DNA of 64,000 nucleotides from Podarcis erhardii (Eukaryota): NCBI GenBank assembly GCA_964252035.1, contig CAXUOO010000159.1; one strand, 5' to 3'. Shown piece by piece: positions 50,571 to 63,141 of this stretch (position 1 is its first letter; each line of letters starts with the position of its first letter). The notes under the pieces were generated by a model. It saw only the letters and a program-made list of their open reading frames with translations, ran no database searches and was not told where the DNA came from. The position numbers and the translations under genes were made by a program.

Positions 50571-51025
50571 TACATATGTATAGCTAGTTCTCGAGGGGAA
50601 GACAAATGATCAATACATTCCATTGCGAACGCACAACTAAATAACTGGGGGTACACATATACACACATGTAATATATATATATATATATGTACATACATA
50701 AGTAGACGGGTTTATACCTAGACGACTACACTTCAAATAAGCTGGGCTCATGTGACGTGCATAGGAGTGAAAGCCACATGAGAAGCAATTTAAAAATGAG
50801 TCCCAAACGCTCTAAATTAAAGAACTCACGAGTATATTTATTCACATATATGTATATATATATATATATATATATTAAACATCATTATCTTAGTATACGT
50901 ATGCGCGGAGAAAAATAAATCTGAACAGCGTTAAATTTATATGATGTGCATCTCTCGAATATGGAGATGCTTGACATATATAGGTATTCGTGAAGTCTTG
51001 CGCGCACGCGCATAGCGGATTCGTT

Positions 51026-54000
51026 TCAGAACTTCCAGTGAGAGACTTCAATGAATTTGTAGACAGTCATGCAAGCACAGCAGAACGAGAGAAGAAACCA
51101 CTGACAAGCGTAGTTGAAGTGAGTGTGTTCATCAGCCCAAAAAAGCAAGTAGTCATCTTTTCGTTTCTGCTGATAATCAATGAAGCGTCTCCGCACTGCT
51201 GCAGTGTCAAATAAAGCACTGAGCGAGCCTTGTTGCTGCTGCAGACTACTGAGACTACGAGGCATATGCATATAAGAAAATGCAGAAGAAACAGCAGAAG
51301 GCGAGGGTGTCTTCACAGTAGTGCTGCTACTAGAGGCAGTTGGAGTGGTTTGTAGCGAAGAAGCAGTTCGGACAGCAGCCTTTTCATCTAGCGGTTTCAA
51401 TGCAGCAGCAGCAGCAGCAGCAGCATCAGAAGACGGAGCACCAAAAAGAGCAGCACTTGATTCAGGAAAACCTCCCAAAAAACGACTACTCGACAATGCG
51501 TGATGATGACCTGGGTCTCTGCGACACCTAGACTGTTGTGTGTGATTTGTGCTTGAAGAAACTGCCTGTTGCGGCTTTTGTGGTTGCTCGACGACGCCTG
51601 CCAGCTGCTGGGAGTTTTGTGTGTGGTTTGCGTTATTACAAAGCTGCTGCTTGTTCACTTGTTGCTGTCGGGCTTTCACTACGTCTTCGTCGTAAAGGAT
51701 ATCATAGGCATTGACAACGAAGCTGCCAGAAGCAGCAACGTCCTGAACGACGCCTTTGGGTGTCAACGCGGCAGCAAGTTCTTCAGGCACAACATACAAG
51801 AACTGGTTTTCTTTGTAGCGATTGCCAGCATGCATCCAAGAGAAAAACTTTTTGAAAAAAAAACTGTTGCTGTGCAGCAACTCTCCGGGCTCCAACACGC
51901 CTCGAACAGTGACCCAACCGGGTGGTTCGTCGCGGAAGTCCTCACAACCGACAATTTTGCTGTTCTTATGAACAATAGAAGTGTTCCACAACTCTCTCTG
52001 CAGTTTCTTCTGCTCAGCCTCCTGCTGCAAGTTCCACACACTTTCTCTCTGAACCGCGCCTGCACAGCTCGGCTGCGGCTGCGAAGCTTTCCTCGACTCA
52101 CCAGACTCGAGACATTGGTAAAGGTGGTGGTGGACTAGTGCAGCAGCAGAGCAGTTCGGCACTGAACAGTGAGTTTCTTGTTTTGCAGAGGGAAAGCGGA
52201 GTTTCAGCGTTTGCGGTTTGAAAGCGGGCAGCTTCGTTTTCGGCAGCAACAAGTGACCTTTATTGACCAGCAAAACGCTGCCGTCTTCTAAGCGAAGCGG
52301 CGAGATCATGACGCAGCCTGTTGCGCCGTTTTCCAAGCCCGGTCGAGGTCCCACTGGAATTTCAACGGAGGTATCCAACACGCCTCTCACAACAACGGGA
52401 CGATATCCCCACTCACGCACTTGCTGTTCTCGGCTTTCCACGCTCTCTGCGTTTTCGTCTCCTCCTTTTGCTGCAGGAAAGAGACGCTCGTTGCTACTGC
52501 TCCACTGTTCGCTACTGATCCTACTGTTGCTGCTGCTGTGGGCGTATGTGCGGATATGTTCAGAGAAAAGCTGCAGCAGCTGTCGAAGTGAAGCCACTTT
52601 CTCCCCACCTACTCGACTCGCTGAGGAAGCTGCAACTAGCCCATCTGCTTGCTCTCTCTTGTGTTGCGACTGCGGCTGCTGCACTGCTGTTGGAGACTCA
52701 AAATCAGTCCTTTCATCATTCACACAAACAGTTGTGTGTGCAAGCTCACAAACCGCAGTGCTTGTTCCAGCACTCTCAGCAGAAGAACTCAAGCCACTTT
52801 TGCACAACAAATCAGCAGCACAAACAGGCTCCCCACTGCGACTAATCCTACTACTACTAAGACTACCACTACTTCTACCACTACCACTACTACTACTATT
52901 TAGAGGAGAGTCAGTACTTTGAGGACTTACACTAGCAGCACTGCTGCTGCTTTGTGGGCTCGTTTTATTAGGGCAACGATTTCCACTTAAAAAAGGCCCC
53001 TTCCCCCCCTCAGCAGCAGCAGGAAGAGTAGCTGAAGACGGTTCGAGTAAACGAGTGGAAGAATTCGATGCTACGTCAGCAGAGTTGGGGGGGTGTGTGG
53101 GTTTTGTTGAAGTTTTGTCAGTAGAGGCAAGCTGCTTGTCTGTGGAGTGAAATTGAGTTTTGGCGCACCACGGAAAGGGAGCGCGCGCTATGTAGACAGG
53201 CGGTTTTCTGAGTTGTTTTCTCCGGAACTCAATCAACTCTTTTTTTTCCTGCATGCGTGCAAGCTGCCAGCAGCCCAAAGCAGCCAAAGACGCAGCAGTC
53301 AACGCACCCACTGACAGCAACAGCCAACGCTCGTGACCTCGAATGCCGTACTGTCTGTTTCGAATACACCTCAATACTGGGCTTGTAACTGCAGCCGACT
53401 TCTTCACTACTCGCACAACAATGCCTTTCTCCACTTCTTGGGGCGAACAGTATCGAACCGTAGACTGCAACAGCACTGCAGCTTCTGCTTTTGTCAACGG
53501 CAGCAATCGCTGTCCAGGCATTTGTCGTCCGCATGCGTAAAACGGAATTGCAAGCGATGTCTGCTCTGTATACAAGTCTGCAGCAGAGCTAGCAGCTGAA
53601 ATGCTTTTACTCTTCCAGTCTGCTCCTCTGTCTGCTGCTGCAGCTGTTGGTGTTGAAGGTGTTGGTGGTATTGCTGCTGTTGGTGTTGAAGGTGTTGGTG
53701 GTATTGCTACTATTGAAGGTATTGGTGGTATTGCTGCTATTGAAGGTATTGGTGGTATTGCTGCTATTGAAGGTATTGGTGGTATTGCTGCTATTGGTGA
53801 TGCTGCAGTATCTTTCGCTTTTTCCAGCAGCTGGGCATGATGAACAGGAGAGTTTTCAGCAGTTGGTGCATCGACTAAGGCGAGCGAGGAAGTTGCAGAG
53901 CTGGTGGATTGGAAGCGAAAAGCGTCTCTAAAGAAGGGCTTTTTTCTGACAGTGATGGAAGCAAGCTGCCCGAAAGCTGGAGGAGAAACCGCGTTTCCAT

Positions 54001-54109
54001 CTCCGCAAAAAACGGGTCGGTTACCGTTTTTTTCGACTTTCCGTAAAGTCCAGTTTCTCCACCACCAAGAGCCGCGCGAAGAAGCAGCTCTACCGGAAAC
54101 GCCCCTCAT
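51026..54109 (-). CDS. SURF1: SURF1/Shy1 cytochrome c oxidase assembly factor (1027 aa, single ORF with low-complexity insertions)
   Basis: ATG at 54109 and an Arg-rich, acid-poor N-terminus. TM1 followed by LGCWQLARMQEKKELI, then EWGYRPVVVRG, VGPRPG...GCVMISPLRLEDGSVLLVNKG, VTVRGVL, and C-terminal HFNYACQWF plus TM2; stop TGA. Confidence 0.92.
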   Translation of the reverse strand: MRGVSGRAASSRGSWWWRNWTLRKVEKNGNRPVFCGDGNAVSPPAFGQLASITVRKKPFFRDAFRFQSTSSATSSLALVDAPTAENSPVHHAQLLEKAKDTAASPIAAIPPIPSIAAIPPIPSIAAIPPIPSIVAIPPTPSTPTAAIPPTPSTPTAAAADRGADWKSKSISAASSAADLYTEQTSLAIPFYACGRQMPGQRLLPLTKAEAAVLLQSTVRYCSPQEVEKGIVVRVVKKSAAVTSPVLRCIRNRQYGIRGHERWLLLSVGALTAASLAALGCWQLARMQEKKELIEFRRKQLRKPPVYIARAPFPWCAKTQFHSTDKQLASTDKTSTKPTHPPNSADVASNSSTRLLEPSSATLPAAAEGGKGPFLSGNRCPNKTSPQSSSSAASVSPQSTDSPLNSSSSGSGRSSGSLSSSRISRSGEPVCAADLLCKSGLSSSAESAGTSTAVCELAHTTVCVNDERTDFESPTAVQQPQSQHKREQADGLVAASSASRVGGEKVASLRQLLQLFSEHIRTYAHSSSNSRISSEQWSSSNERLFPAAKGGDENAESVESREQQVREWGYRPVVVRGVLDTSVEIPVGPRPGLENGATGCVMISPLRLEDGSVLLVNKGHLLLPKTKLPAFKPQTLKLRFPSAKQETHCSVPNCSAAALVHHHLYQCLESGESRKASQPQPSCAGAVQRESVWNLQQEAEQKKLQRELWNTSIVHKNSKIVGCEDFRDEPPGWVTVRGVLEPGELLHSNSFFFKKFFSWMHAGNRYKENQFLYVVPEELAAALTPKGVVQDVAASGSFVVNAYDILYDEDVVKARQQQVNKQQLCNNANHTQNSQQLAGVVEQPQKPQQAVSSSTNHTQQSRCRRDPGHHHALSSSRFLGGFPESSAALFGAPSSDAAAAAAAALKPLDEKAAVRTASSLQTTPTASSSSTTVKTPSPSAVSSAFSYMHMPRSLSSLQQQQGSLSALFDTAAVRRRFIDYQQKRKDDYLLFWADEHTHFNYACQWFLLSFCCACMTVYKFIEVSHWKF
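53646..53795 (-). repeat. Coding minisatellite in the SURF1 N-terminal extension (3 x 27 bp IAAIPPIPS, 2 x 33 bp AAIPPTPSTPT)
   Basis: Plus-strand units ATTGAAGGTATTGGTGGTATTGCTGCT and GTTGGTGTTGAAGGTGTTGGTGGTATTGCT(G/A)CT. Confidence 0.9.
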
Positions 54110-55227
54110 CCTCCCTCAACTGACAAACAACTTCGCTCTCTCTCTCAAATTTTCTCGCCACTGTTTTTCTCTGCTTCCACTTCTCACTTCTGACGGTGGA
54201 ATCCATCACTCCAGCAGTGAAGCTAGCGATTTCTTGCGTCGTGGGGAGCCTTCTGTGGGCACTATAATTATATTCTTTTCACTACTACTACTACTATTAT
54301 GACGACAATTGCTACTACTAATAATACTACTGCTGCTGCTGTTCCCGTTCCCTGCTGCTTCTTTCTTTACTGACTGTGCGATGTATTGAGTCGCGTCATC
54401 ACCAGCCCTCACAAAGAAATACCTCCAACACAAATGCTCGAAAACCCAAACATTCCTGTCAGTGTTACGTAAGTACTTCATTTCAAGCGCTTTCACTGCG
54501 ATGCTGCTGCTACATTGCTGCTCCAGCTTCCTATCACAAGCAGCCCCAACTCACATTCCACACACACAAACACGAGCCCCTACAAGTTCCTCAAACCACC
54601 AAAATTCAGTAGTAATAGTAGGAGAAAGTGTGGCTGGTTAATTGTTGGTTGTGCAATTGTGAGGCTTTCTCAGTGCCCTTATTACTATTGGTGGGGCTGG
54701 CTCAGGCCCGCAATTTTGTGAGCCTTCAACTCTTTAAATAGTCTCGCTCTGAGAGAAACTGCTTCAAAAACGCAGCTCTCTCGCAGTGATAGTTTCAATC
54801 ATGGCAAAACTCCTCTGTCTCACACATATATATGTATGAAAACAGCTATTCCAGCCACATTCAACACCAAAAAGGGAGGCCTGCTACTATATATATATAT
54901 ATATGTAGTGGGGATGCTGCGGTGGGCTCTCCTTGTGCAGCTGCTGTTGTTGCAAATCAGAGAGAAAAACCAAACCACCTGCAGTAGCAACAAGGATAGA
55001 AAATGCTGACATTTGATGCGTCACTTCACAATCACTACATATACTACACATATGAGTGGGATGCTGCACTTTGTATTGGCGAGAAAACGAAGAAAAAAAA
55101 GCGAGTCTTACAGTCGCAGTTCGAAAGTTCAGAGTGTGAAGAGTTGCTAGTGAGAACTCAAGTACTAGCCGAGTAGGCGAAGAACACGAATATACTAGAA
55201 GAAGAAGGAGTTGGAGGACTTCTTCTA

Positions 55228-56138
55228 TTATATAAAGAGGATAATGATAAGTGCTGGAGTTGAGTCGTTGAAAGGAGCGCAACAAGAAGAGAAAGGGCGC
55301 ACACGGAGACTGCTTGCTCCTCCTTCGCAGTTTCGAGAGAGAGAAACCAACAACAGCCAAATCTCAGCAAAACCAGTAATCTTTGTAAAGTCTCGAACAA
55401 AAGCCAAAGGGTTGATTATGAAGGGCTCTCTGTGAGGCTGTGCTACTGCTATTACTGCTGCCACGGAGGTCTTTGGTTCTTCTGCTGTGACTGCTGCTGC
55501 TGAAAAGAAGACTTGTTGTGCGTTTTTTTGGGGGCAGCAGAAGAGCCCGCGACTTTGTTTGCAGCAGCCGCAGCAGCTGTCTGTACACTCACACGCGCGA
55601 GACAGGCACATACACAACATATTCCAAAAAAACTCCACATTTCGTGGTTTTCTGACATGCAGACGACACCTACACGCTCATAAAAACGCATGCTTGAGCT
55701 CGAAACTACGCACTAAAAACAGCCATGTTCAAACATGTGGTGTCTCATGAAAAATCACTTCTTCTCCGCTCTGGAACAGCTTCTTCCATTTCATTTGCTC
55801 ATATACATCTACATGCATAACGCATACAAACATAGACATATATAGAGACTAGAGATAGACGAAGAGAAAAGTGGTATACCCAACTTGTGTGTATAGGACA
55901 GCATAAATCAGATCGGATAAACATTTTTCAGCACTGTAAAGAGTTTCTTGGTTCGACGACTTGATCTGAACGAGAAAACTACGTACAGCTCATCTGTATT
56001 GGATGAAAAACGCATATACTGTTGCTGTCTTGAAGATGAACTGCCTCCAAGCATGAGTCAAAGCTTGACATGCATGATATATGCAAAAATCTGAATTCAC
56101 TCAGATGAAAAAAAACAGGACATACACATCGAGGCACT

Positions 56139-56175
<37 letters not shown>

Positions 56176-57080
56176 TACTTTTATATGTATGTATATATAC
56201 GTTAAAGTTCACAGCTTTGTGTAGACAGGTAGATATTTTTACAGGCGCCACTAAATTTCATACACCGCTAGACGGATTTTTGTGAAGCTGAGAAAATAAA
56301 TAGTCTAGCACATGTGCTGTTGAGCATCTTCTATACAGAAGGAAGAAAGCTGCTGTTGCAAGCGCAGGAATATGACTCCATCAAATTCGCAAAAGGAATG
56401 CAGCAGCATTCTCAGCAGCCAAAAAAAGCAAGAACTAGGCACTTTCATATATATATATATATATAGGAGTTGAAACAAAGTGAGCATACTGAAGCCAGTC
56501 TCTGCCACATCAACGTCTTTGATTTGAGACAGAAGCTCCTCGCGAAAGCGAAAAACAGTTCAAAAGATGCAAAAGCTGAGCAGTGTACATACAGCACAAC
56601 ACTTTGAACAGCGCTTGCGCAACTCAGCAGCAAACATAAGAAAAAGTCTTCAAAAGTATCCGCAAATATAGATTTGTTCACATACACAGAAGTAAGAGTG
56701 CGTGTATTTATATATATGTATGCAAATGTATAGAAATACATATATATATATATATATTTATATATATAGTTGCAGCAAACTGCAGAAGAAAAGTAGATAA
56801 CTGCTACCATAGAACGAAAAGGTCTTGATTTCAGCCTCTGTGCAGGTGAAAGGGAAAGAAGCTGCTACATTAACGACTGGCACACCATTCAAAAGCAGCA
56901 GCCCTTGAAGCCAGATCTGCTGCAAATTGCAATGACAAATATAGCCAGAAACCACCCACAAAAGTAGAAGCAGTCCCTATAGTTTGAGATGAAAAACAGC
57001 ATCAACAAATCCGTACCAATACGTATCTGCATTTATGCGCAAACGTGTGTAAACTATGCACACTGCAGTATATATGTATA

Positions 57081-57123
<43 letters not shown>

Positions 57124-57603
57124 AGAGAGAGAGAGAGAGAGAGAGATTTGAGTATTTAGTCAAGGTATGTCTGGGGCGCATACACTTAGTTTTATGGAAT
57201 ACTAAACCGTCAGACCGCAAAGATCACAATGTATATAACATATATATATATATATATATATATACAGATATTTGAGTATTTATTGAGACAGCATTGAAAT
57301 TTAGCACTGTTCAGTATAAATTGCAGTTGAAACGGGTAGCACTAGCAGCTATACCAAATTGTTGTACATGTACCCGTGCTGCTTCTTCGACTTTTTTACG
57401 AATTTGAGAGCGAATGTCAGCAGCCGCTCGCGAAGAATGCACCGCAAAATGCTGAAACAAAGGGTTATTCTGCAGCAAAAAAGTCAAATTCGTACGCAAT
57501 GGTAGGAGCATGTTCATACACATAGACAAAATATATACTTACGTTTCAAGTTGCAAATTTCTCAATCGGTAAATTGGATAAATATTCGTGGATCCTCCAA
57601 AGA

Positions 57604-57651
<48 letters not shown>

Positions 57652-58703
57652 TAATGTAGTTTCTTTATATCACTAAACTGTAACTTATTGTCCTTCATCC
57701 ATCAGAACAGCATTTATTCTACGTACATAAACAAAATCCAAGGCGCTTTCAAGACGAATGTATATATATATATATATGTATATGCGCTATATTTTATAGA
57801 AAAATTCCAGTCATGTGATTTAGTACAAAAGAGACAACAGGAATGAGCGTGATGATACTGCCAACTGTGTACGTCTGACACATAATAATAATCAAGAGCA
57901 AACAAGACGACGCTGTTCGCTGCTTCAAGAAAAGAAACACAACATATATCCACACATACACACATATACGTATATGTGCGTATATATGTATATATGCATC
58001 GTTTCTCGTACTCTGTATGAGCATGATATACGCCAGGTTCTGTCATAAAAACAGGCGTATATACATGAAATACAGCTATATACATATATATCTTATGTGC
58101 TGACGAGTAGACTGTTGGAGTTTTTCACCAAACAGAAGGCTCTTACGAACGAAAGATGAGGCAACCTGTAAGTACAAATTTTTTACAGAGCAGTAGAAAT
58201 GTAGCCATGGCTTCAAAGATTAACTTTTGCAGATGCTAGAACTGTGCGTTCAGTTCCTACAAAGAAGAATCTGCATAAACGAGTTATCAGCTAGAGATAT
58301 ATACATATATATACATATATATGTAATATATAGGGTGACGACAAGAACTCTTGCACTCGCTCACGTGTCAGAAAGGGTGTTTTAACTGCTCAATAGAACT
58401 CTTCATACACAAATATATGTATGTTTATATAGTGGGTTAAAGGATATAACTACTGACTTACTACTAGGAAAGTGTACACTGCCTGTCCAAGCTCGCGATG
58501 GAAGAACGCGTTTATCATCCTGAAAAAGTTCACCATCGTGAAAGTCCTTTGTCTATCTGGATCCTCTTCAAAAGCTTAGCATTATTTCTTCCGTAAACTG
58601 GATTATCAAAACACGGACAAATTTCAAGAACACATTTGTTTACCAAACGGCCATAAAATCTGTGCAAATACCGTCATCTACACGCATGTGCAGTACACTG
58701 TCA

Positions 58704-58743
<40 letters not shown>

Positions 58744-59114
58744 CATGAACAAAGATAAATACATATGAATATGTAGACACATATTCTTATGTAGAGTAAA
58801 TAATGCATGCAAATATAGTTGACGCATACTACCGTTTTAAACTTTGGCAATCAGTCCAAGGAGCAAACATATATATATATGTATCTATATATACATGAAT
58901 ATATGGACCTTCGGCGTCTACGGGTCCATAAAGATATAACGGCTGATAAAAATCTCAATGGTAAAGCCCACCAATCGTCAGCCGAGGCAAGCATCACGTG
59001 AAATAGATGGACATTTGATAGAAGAAGCACCATGTAAAATGTTGTTATTGGCATCGGAGTAGGGAGCACCGTAAATTTCAAATCTGCTCTACCGTAAAAT
59101 CAATATATAAGATT

Positions 59115-59155
<41 letters not shown>

Positions 59156-59276
59156 GTAGTGGATATTATTCTGTGCCTCGCTCAACCTACATCCACATAT
59201 ATAGCATTTATACTTAACTACAAATAATATCGTATGTTTACATTTATGGTATACAGACAGATATACAGATGAATCA

Positions 59277-59351
<75 letters not shown>

Positions 59352-62300
59352 TCAAAGGCGACTTTGATATACTTAACATGTATGTATGCATATATATATA
59401 TATATATAATGATAATAATCTTAGCGTAATTTGTACACTTACACGTAGAAATCAGCGCGTAGCAAAAAATATGTAGTGGGGAATACTCAATCCATCCAAG
59501 AAAACGATAAATTTGACGCGAACTAGTAGACACTAAAAACCCCGCTGAGCGTACGAGATGAATAAGACGACGAACTGTGGAACACTAGCCAGCAACGCCA
59601 AAAAGAAAAAAGTAAACGAGCAATTCAGACTATTTTTTTGACGCAAAGGCAGTAGAGAATAATAACGTTGAGGATAATCACGCATCTTTCAGGAGGAGAT
59701 AACTGATATACTGCATACAAGTACTCAGCTACACTTCATGGTACAGCACGTTTAAATCGCAAAAAGAACCGGGACGTGGGCACAAGTACAGAAAACCGGC
59801 ATTATCATAATTTATATCAGAATTACTGATACTATAAGTACTCTTACTGAAATCTAGGCAGAAACGTATAGATTGATAAACTGTAGATTACACAGCTCCA
59901 GTTGCAGCGATAATAACAAGCAGATATCTTCTTTGCAAAATGGATCTTATCCTGAAGTTCCGTAGCAGCAACAGAAGCCGCAACCACAACACGAGCAATA
60001 GCATGCATACACTCGCAACAACAAAACAACGCTGTTGCAGCAGCTGCGGGTGATCTAATGCTATAGCAGCGAATGGTACTGTGACAAGGAGCGACGGTAG
60101 AACAAAATATAACACGAATGAAGAAGAGCAGCATTCATAAGGAAGCGAGCAATGTCGCAACGAAGCGTTGCAGCAATAAGATAAACCAGCGCGACAGAGA
60201 ATACTAGTACTAACAATATAGCATCGAATAGCTAGATTAGTAACGACGACGGCCTTGAGAGGATCAGAAGCTGCACGCAAAATGAGAGGCACTTGCAGTA
60301 CCAGCGAATACGTTCTTTTACAAGCAACGGCCGGAAGGAAGCGAGAATAGTCCTCGCTAAGCACAGACACACACACTTCCAGCAATAACAACTAGAGCAG
60401 CAGTTCTACGGCCACCGACAGAACGAAACACCTACGGTAGTTATGTTAGTAGTATGTAGTAATGTCAGCCTGACTGAAACGTCATCTTTAAAATCTCTAC
60501 ATTATACGGTGAATATACTCTAAAATAGTATGTTTTACTTTTCGAAAAAGGGTAATGGCATTTTACTTCACATGATTACAACATTTGCAAAATCTCCATC
60601 GCAAAATATGCCTGAAGAAGTGTTAGTTGCTGCTGTTCTCGTGCTTCTTCTGCACGCATGCTGGTGCTGTTTACGTGGCGCAGATATGTGGTTGGTTGAA
60701 TTTCCTTGACGTTTGCATTGTCGATTAAGTTGTCTTTTTGTTTTTTGCAAATTCAACATAGATTCTCTGTTTCCAGTTTCAATATTCAAATCATATTGCC
60801 TTCTGTCACTCTTTTGGTGCTGCTTCTTCAGTTGTCCTAACCATTATTTGACAGCCAGTGCAGCAGCAGTTCCGCAACAACAGGACAAGTACCTGCCTGC
60901 GGAAGAGAAATCGTTAGATATAACACTCTTAACTTTGTCTACTATCGAGAATACCGGCTAGTTCAGTCACAATACTCATTTGGTTTTTTTTTATGGCAGC
61001 GGAACGTCCTTTTTCGTATGAGCTCATTTGTGAAACAGCAGCGACTTTCTCTCACTAAGCAGCACACCAGCGGCTTCACAGGCAGCAGCGCTAGAGAACA
61101 ATTGAATCTAAAAAGCCGAAACAGCGGCGTTCGAAAAGAAGAGCTTCTGTGAGCGAGATTAGTAAGTGCATCAGCAGAAGCCTGCAAAAAGAGCAGTAGT
61201 GAGATATACAGCAGTGGCTAGGATGAAGAATTACAGCAAGAGCAGCTCTAGCAGCATGCATAGATGATCTTTGAGAAAAGACAGATAATTTTCAGAAGAA
61301 TTCAGTCTTTTTTCTAGTTTTGGTTCTTCCTTTGTCATTTGTGTCGCTGCCAGAGCAAGGCGCAGTTTGTACACGGGCGACGCTGGCTGGCAACGCTAAG
61401 TAGAATCGGGAGGTGTATCTGTTTGTCTACGCAGTTCCAGCAGTTTCACGGATTCTGCCGTGATCGTGAAGTAGTATGTGTCCTAGAGTGAACGCAGCAT
61501 GTCTGAAAATATATATGTGATCGTATCTATTTGAAATTCCTGCGGTATACATCTGCATACCACGTCGTCGCACAACTGCTGGAAAACTCCTCACTGAAAT
61601 TCTGAAGAAAAGTCGAAGATTTGTGTCCTGTTTGCCGCAGACCTTTGTGTGAATTAGTGAGCTGTCGTTCGACATTCGCACCGATGCACATTGCCTAGTC
61701 CGCATATACATATATGAGTAGGTGCTATTCGATTTTCTCCATGCAGTTTCAGAGTTTGCTACTGTCTATATAGTATTCGATTCAGGTATTTTTAGTTGCT
61801 GTTAGAGTTGCTTCTGGTGCAAGTGTGTTCCGTCTTTTAACTAACGAGCTACATTTTTTGGTCGCCCCCTCTCCCTCTCCTTTTATCTTTCGCTTTTCAC
61901 ACTTGGGGAGGCTTCCACAACAACTGCGCTACACAAGTTTCTGCGACTGCTGCCACTTTTTTTGATCCAAATTTATTCGAAGAATTTTCCACGTCAAAAA
62001 AGCGGTGACGACTTGCCTGCGTCAACCTCAAGCATCACCACTTTTACACAAACAAGTGCACGTATATATGCGTTTACTGGAGTGGAGAATTTGACACACA
62101 AACAACCGTAGATTTTGGTTCTCCACTGTGGACAATATATATATATATATGTATAGTGACGAAGTGCGGTTAGTTTGGACCATACGTACTGTATATTGAC
62201 GGCACTGACAGCGAAGCACGTGGTCGAAAGAGCAGAATATACATGCACAGCACGAGTTTCTGATACTAACAAAAAATTTGCAGCAGCAAATGGAGCGGCT

Positions 62301-63141
62301 GACAGACACCGCAGAGGGGAGGTTGAGGGCGCCAGCAGCAGAAAAAGATGTTCACCAGTGTAGGTTTTTTCAGTAGCATTTCGACAGCATCGAAGGACGA
62401 AAGCACCAGAGTCAGAAAGGAGCTGTAAAAAGCAGGCAGAAGCATTACAACTAGCGACTCACAGCTTACGTGTTTAACAGAGAGTGGGCAGAGACAGCTC
62501 AGGAGTGCGAAATAAAAATAATTTTTTTTGCAACGCAAGCGGAACTGCAGCAGCTGTTGCGGATTTTGGAATCACTGGTTCGACTTCATTTGTTGCTGTT
62601 GTAGAAGACATCACAGAAAATCGTAGCTGCTTTTGTGGCTTTTCTGGCGGTGGATTTCTGCTCCTGATCCAGTTGATCACCAGAGAGCCTTCCGTTGTGT
62701 GGGTTGTTGGCCACAGGAGTTGTGTAGTTGAGTCGCTTTTTTTCCTGAAAGGCTGATTTCTTGGCTACAGAACAAATCAACAGCTGCTGCTTTTTCCGAA
62801 GCAGCAACTTCCGGGTTTTTTTTCGGAGTTGTTCGTACCTGTTGTTTGTAGTGCGAAATCCTGTGTGAATGCAAAGGTATGTGTGCGAAGCCGCTGCGCT
62901 ACTGCTATTGTGAGGTGCTGCAGAAGTTATTGCTCCACTTCGTTTTTTTGCACCGCAGTTGGGTCTTCAGTTCTTCCTCACTACTGCTGTTGCTGCTATT
63001 CAAGTCTGCTTTTCTTGAGAACTGCTTTGATGTGCTGCTGTAAAGCCTACTGGTTAGTGATTTCGTTGGTTTTTGATTTTTTGGTGCTCTGATGCTACTC
63101 AAGTCCTGTGCTTTCTCCTCTCTCTTCGTGGTACCCACCAA
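55228..63141 (-). pseudogene. Large unidentified multi-exon gene or pseudogene
   Basis: Protein-like minus-strand segments (55228-55638, 59888-60391, 60600-61187, 62100-63141) separated by (TA)n-rich intron-like DNA. Several are interrupted by stops or frameshifts; no family motif recognised. Confidence 0.25.
59280..59348. repeat. (TA)n microsatellite, ~70 bp
   Basis: Perfect TA run. Confidence 0.95.

Noticed and set aside
33339-59533. Many short ORFs with YIYIYI or LSLSLS/ERERER runs
   Set aside because: Translations of (TA)n and (GA)n microsatellites in introns.
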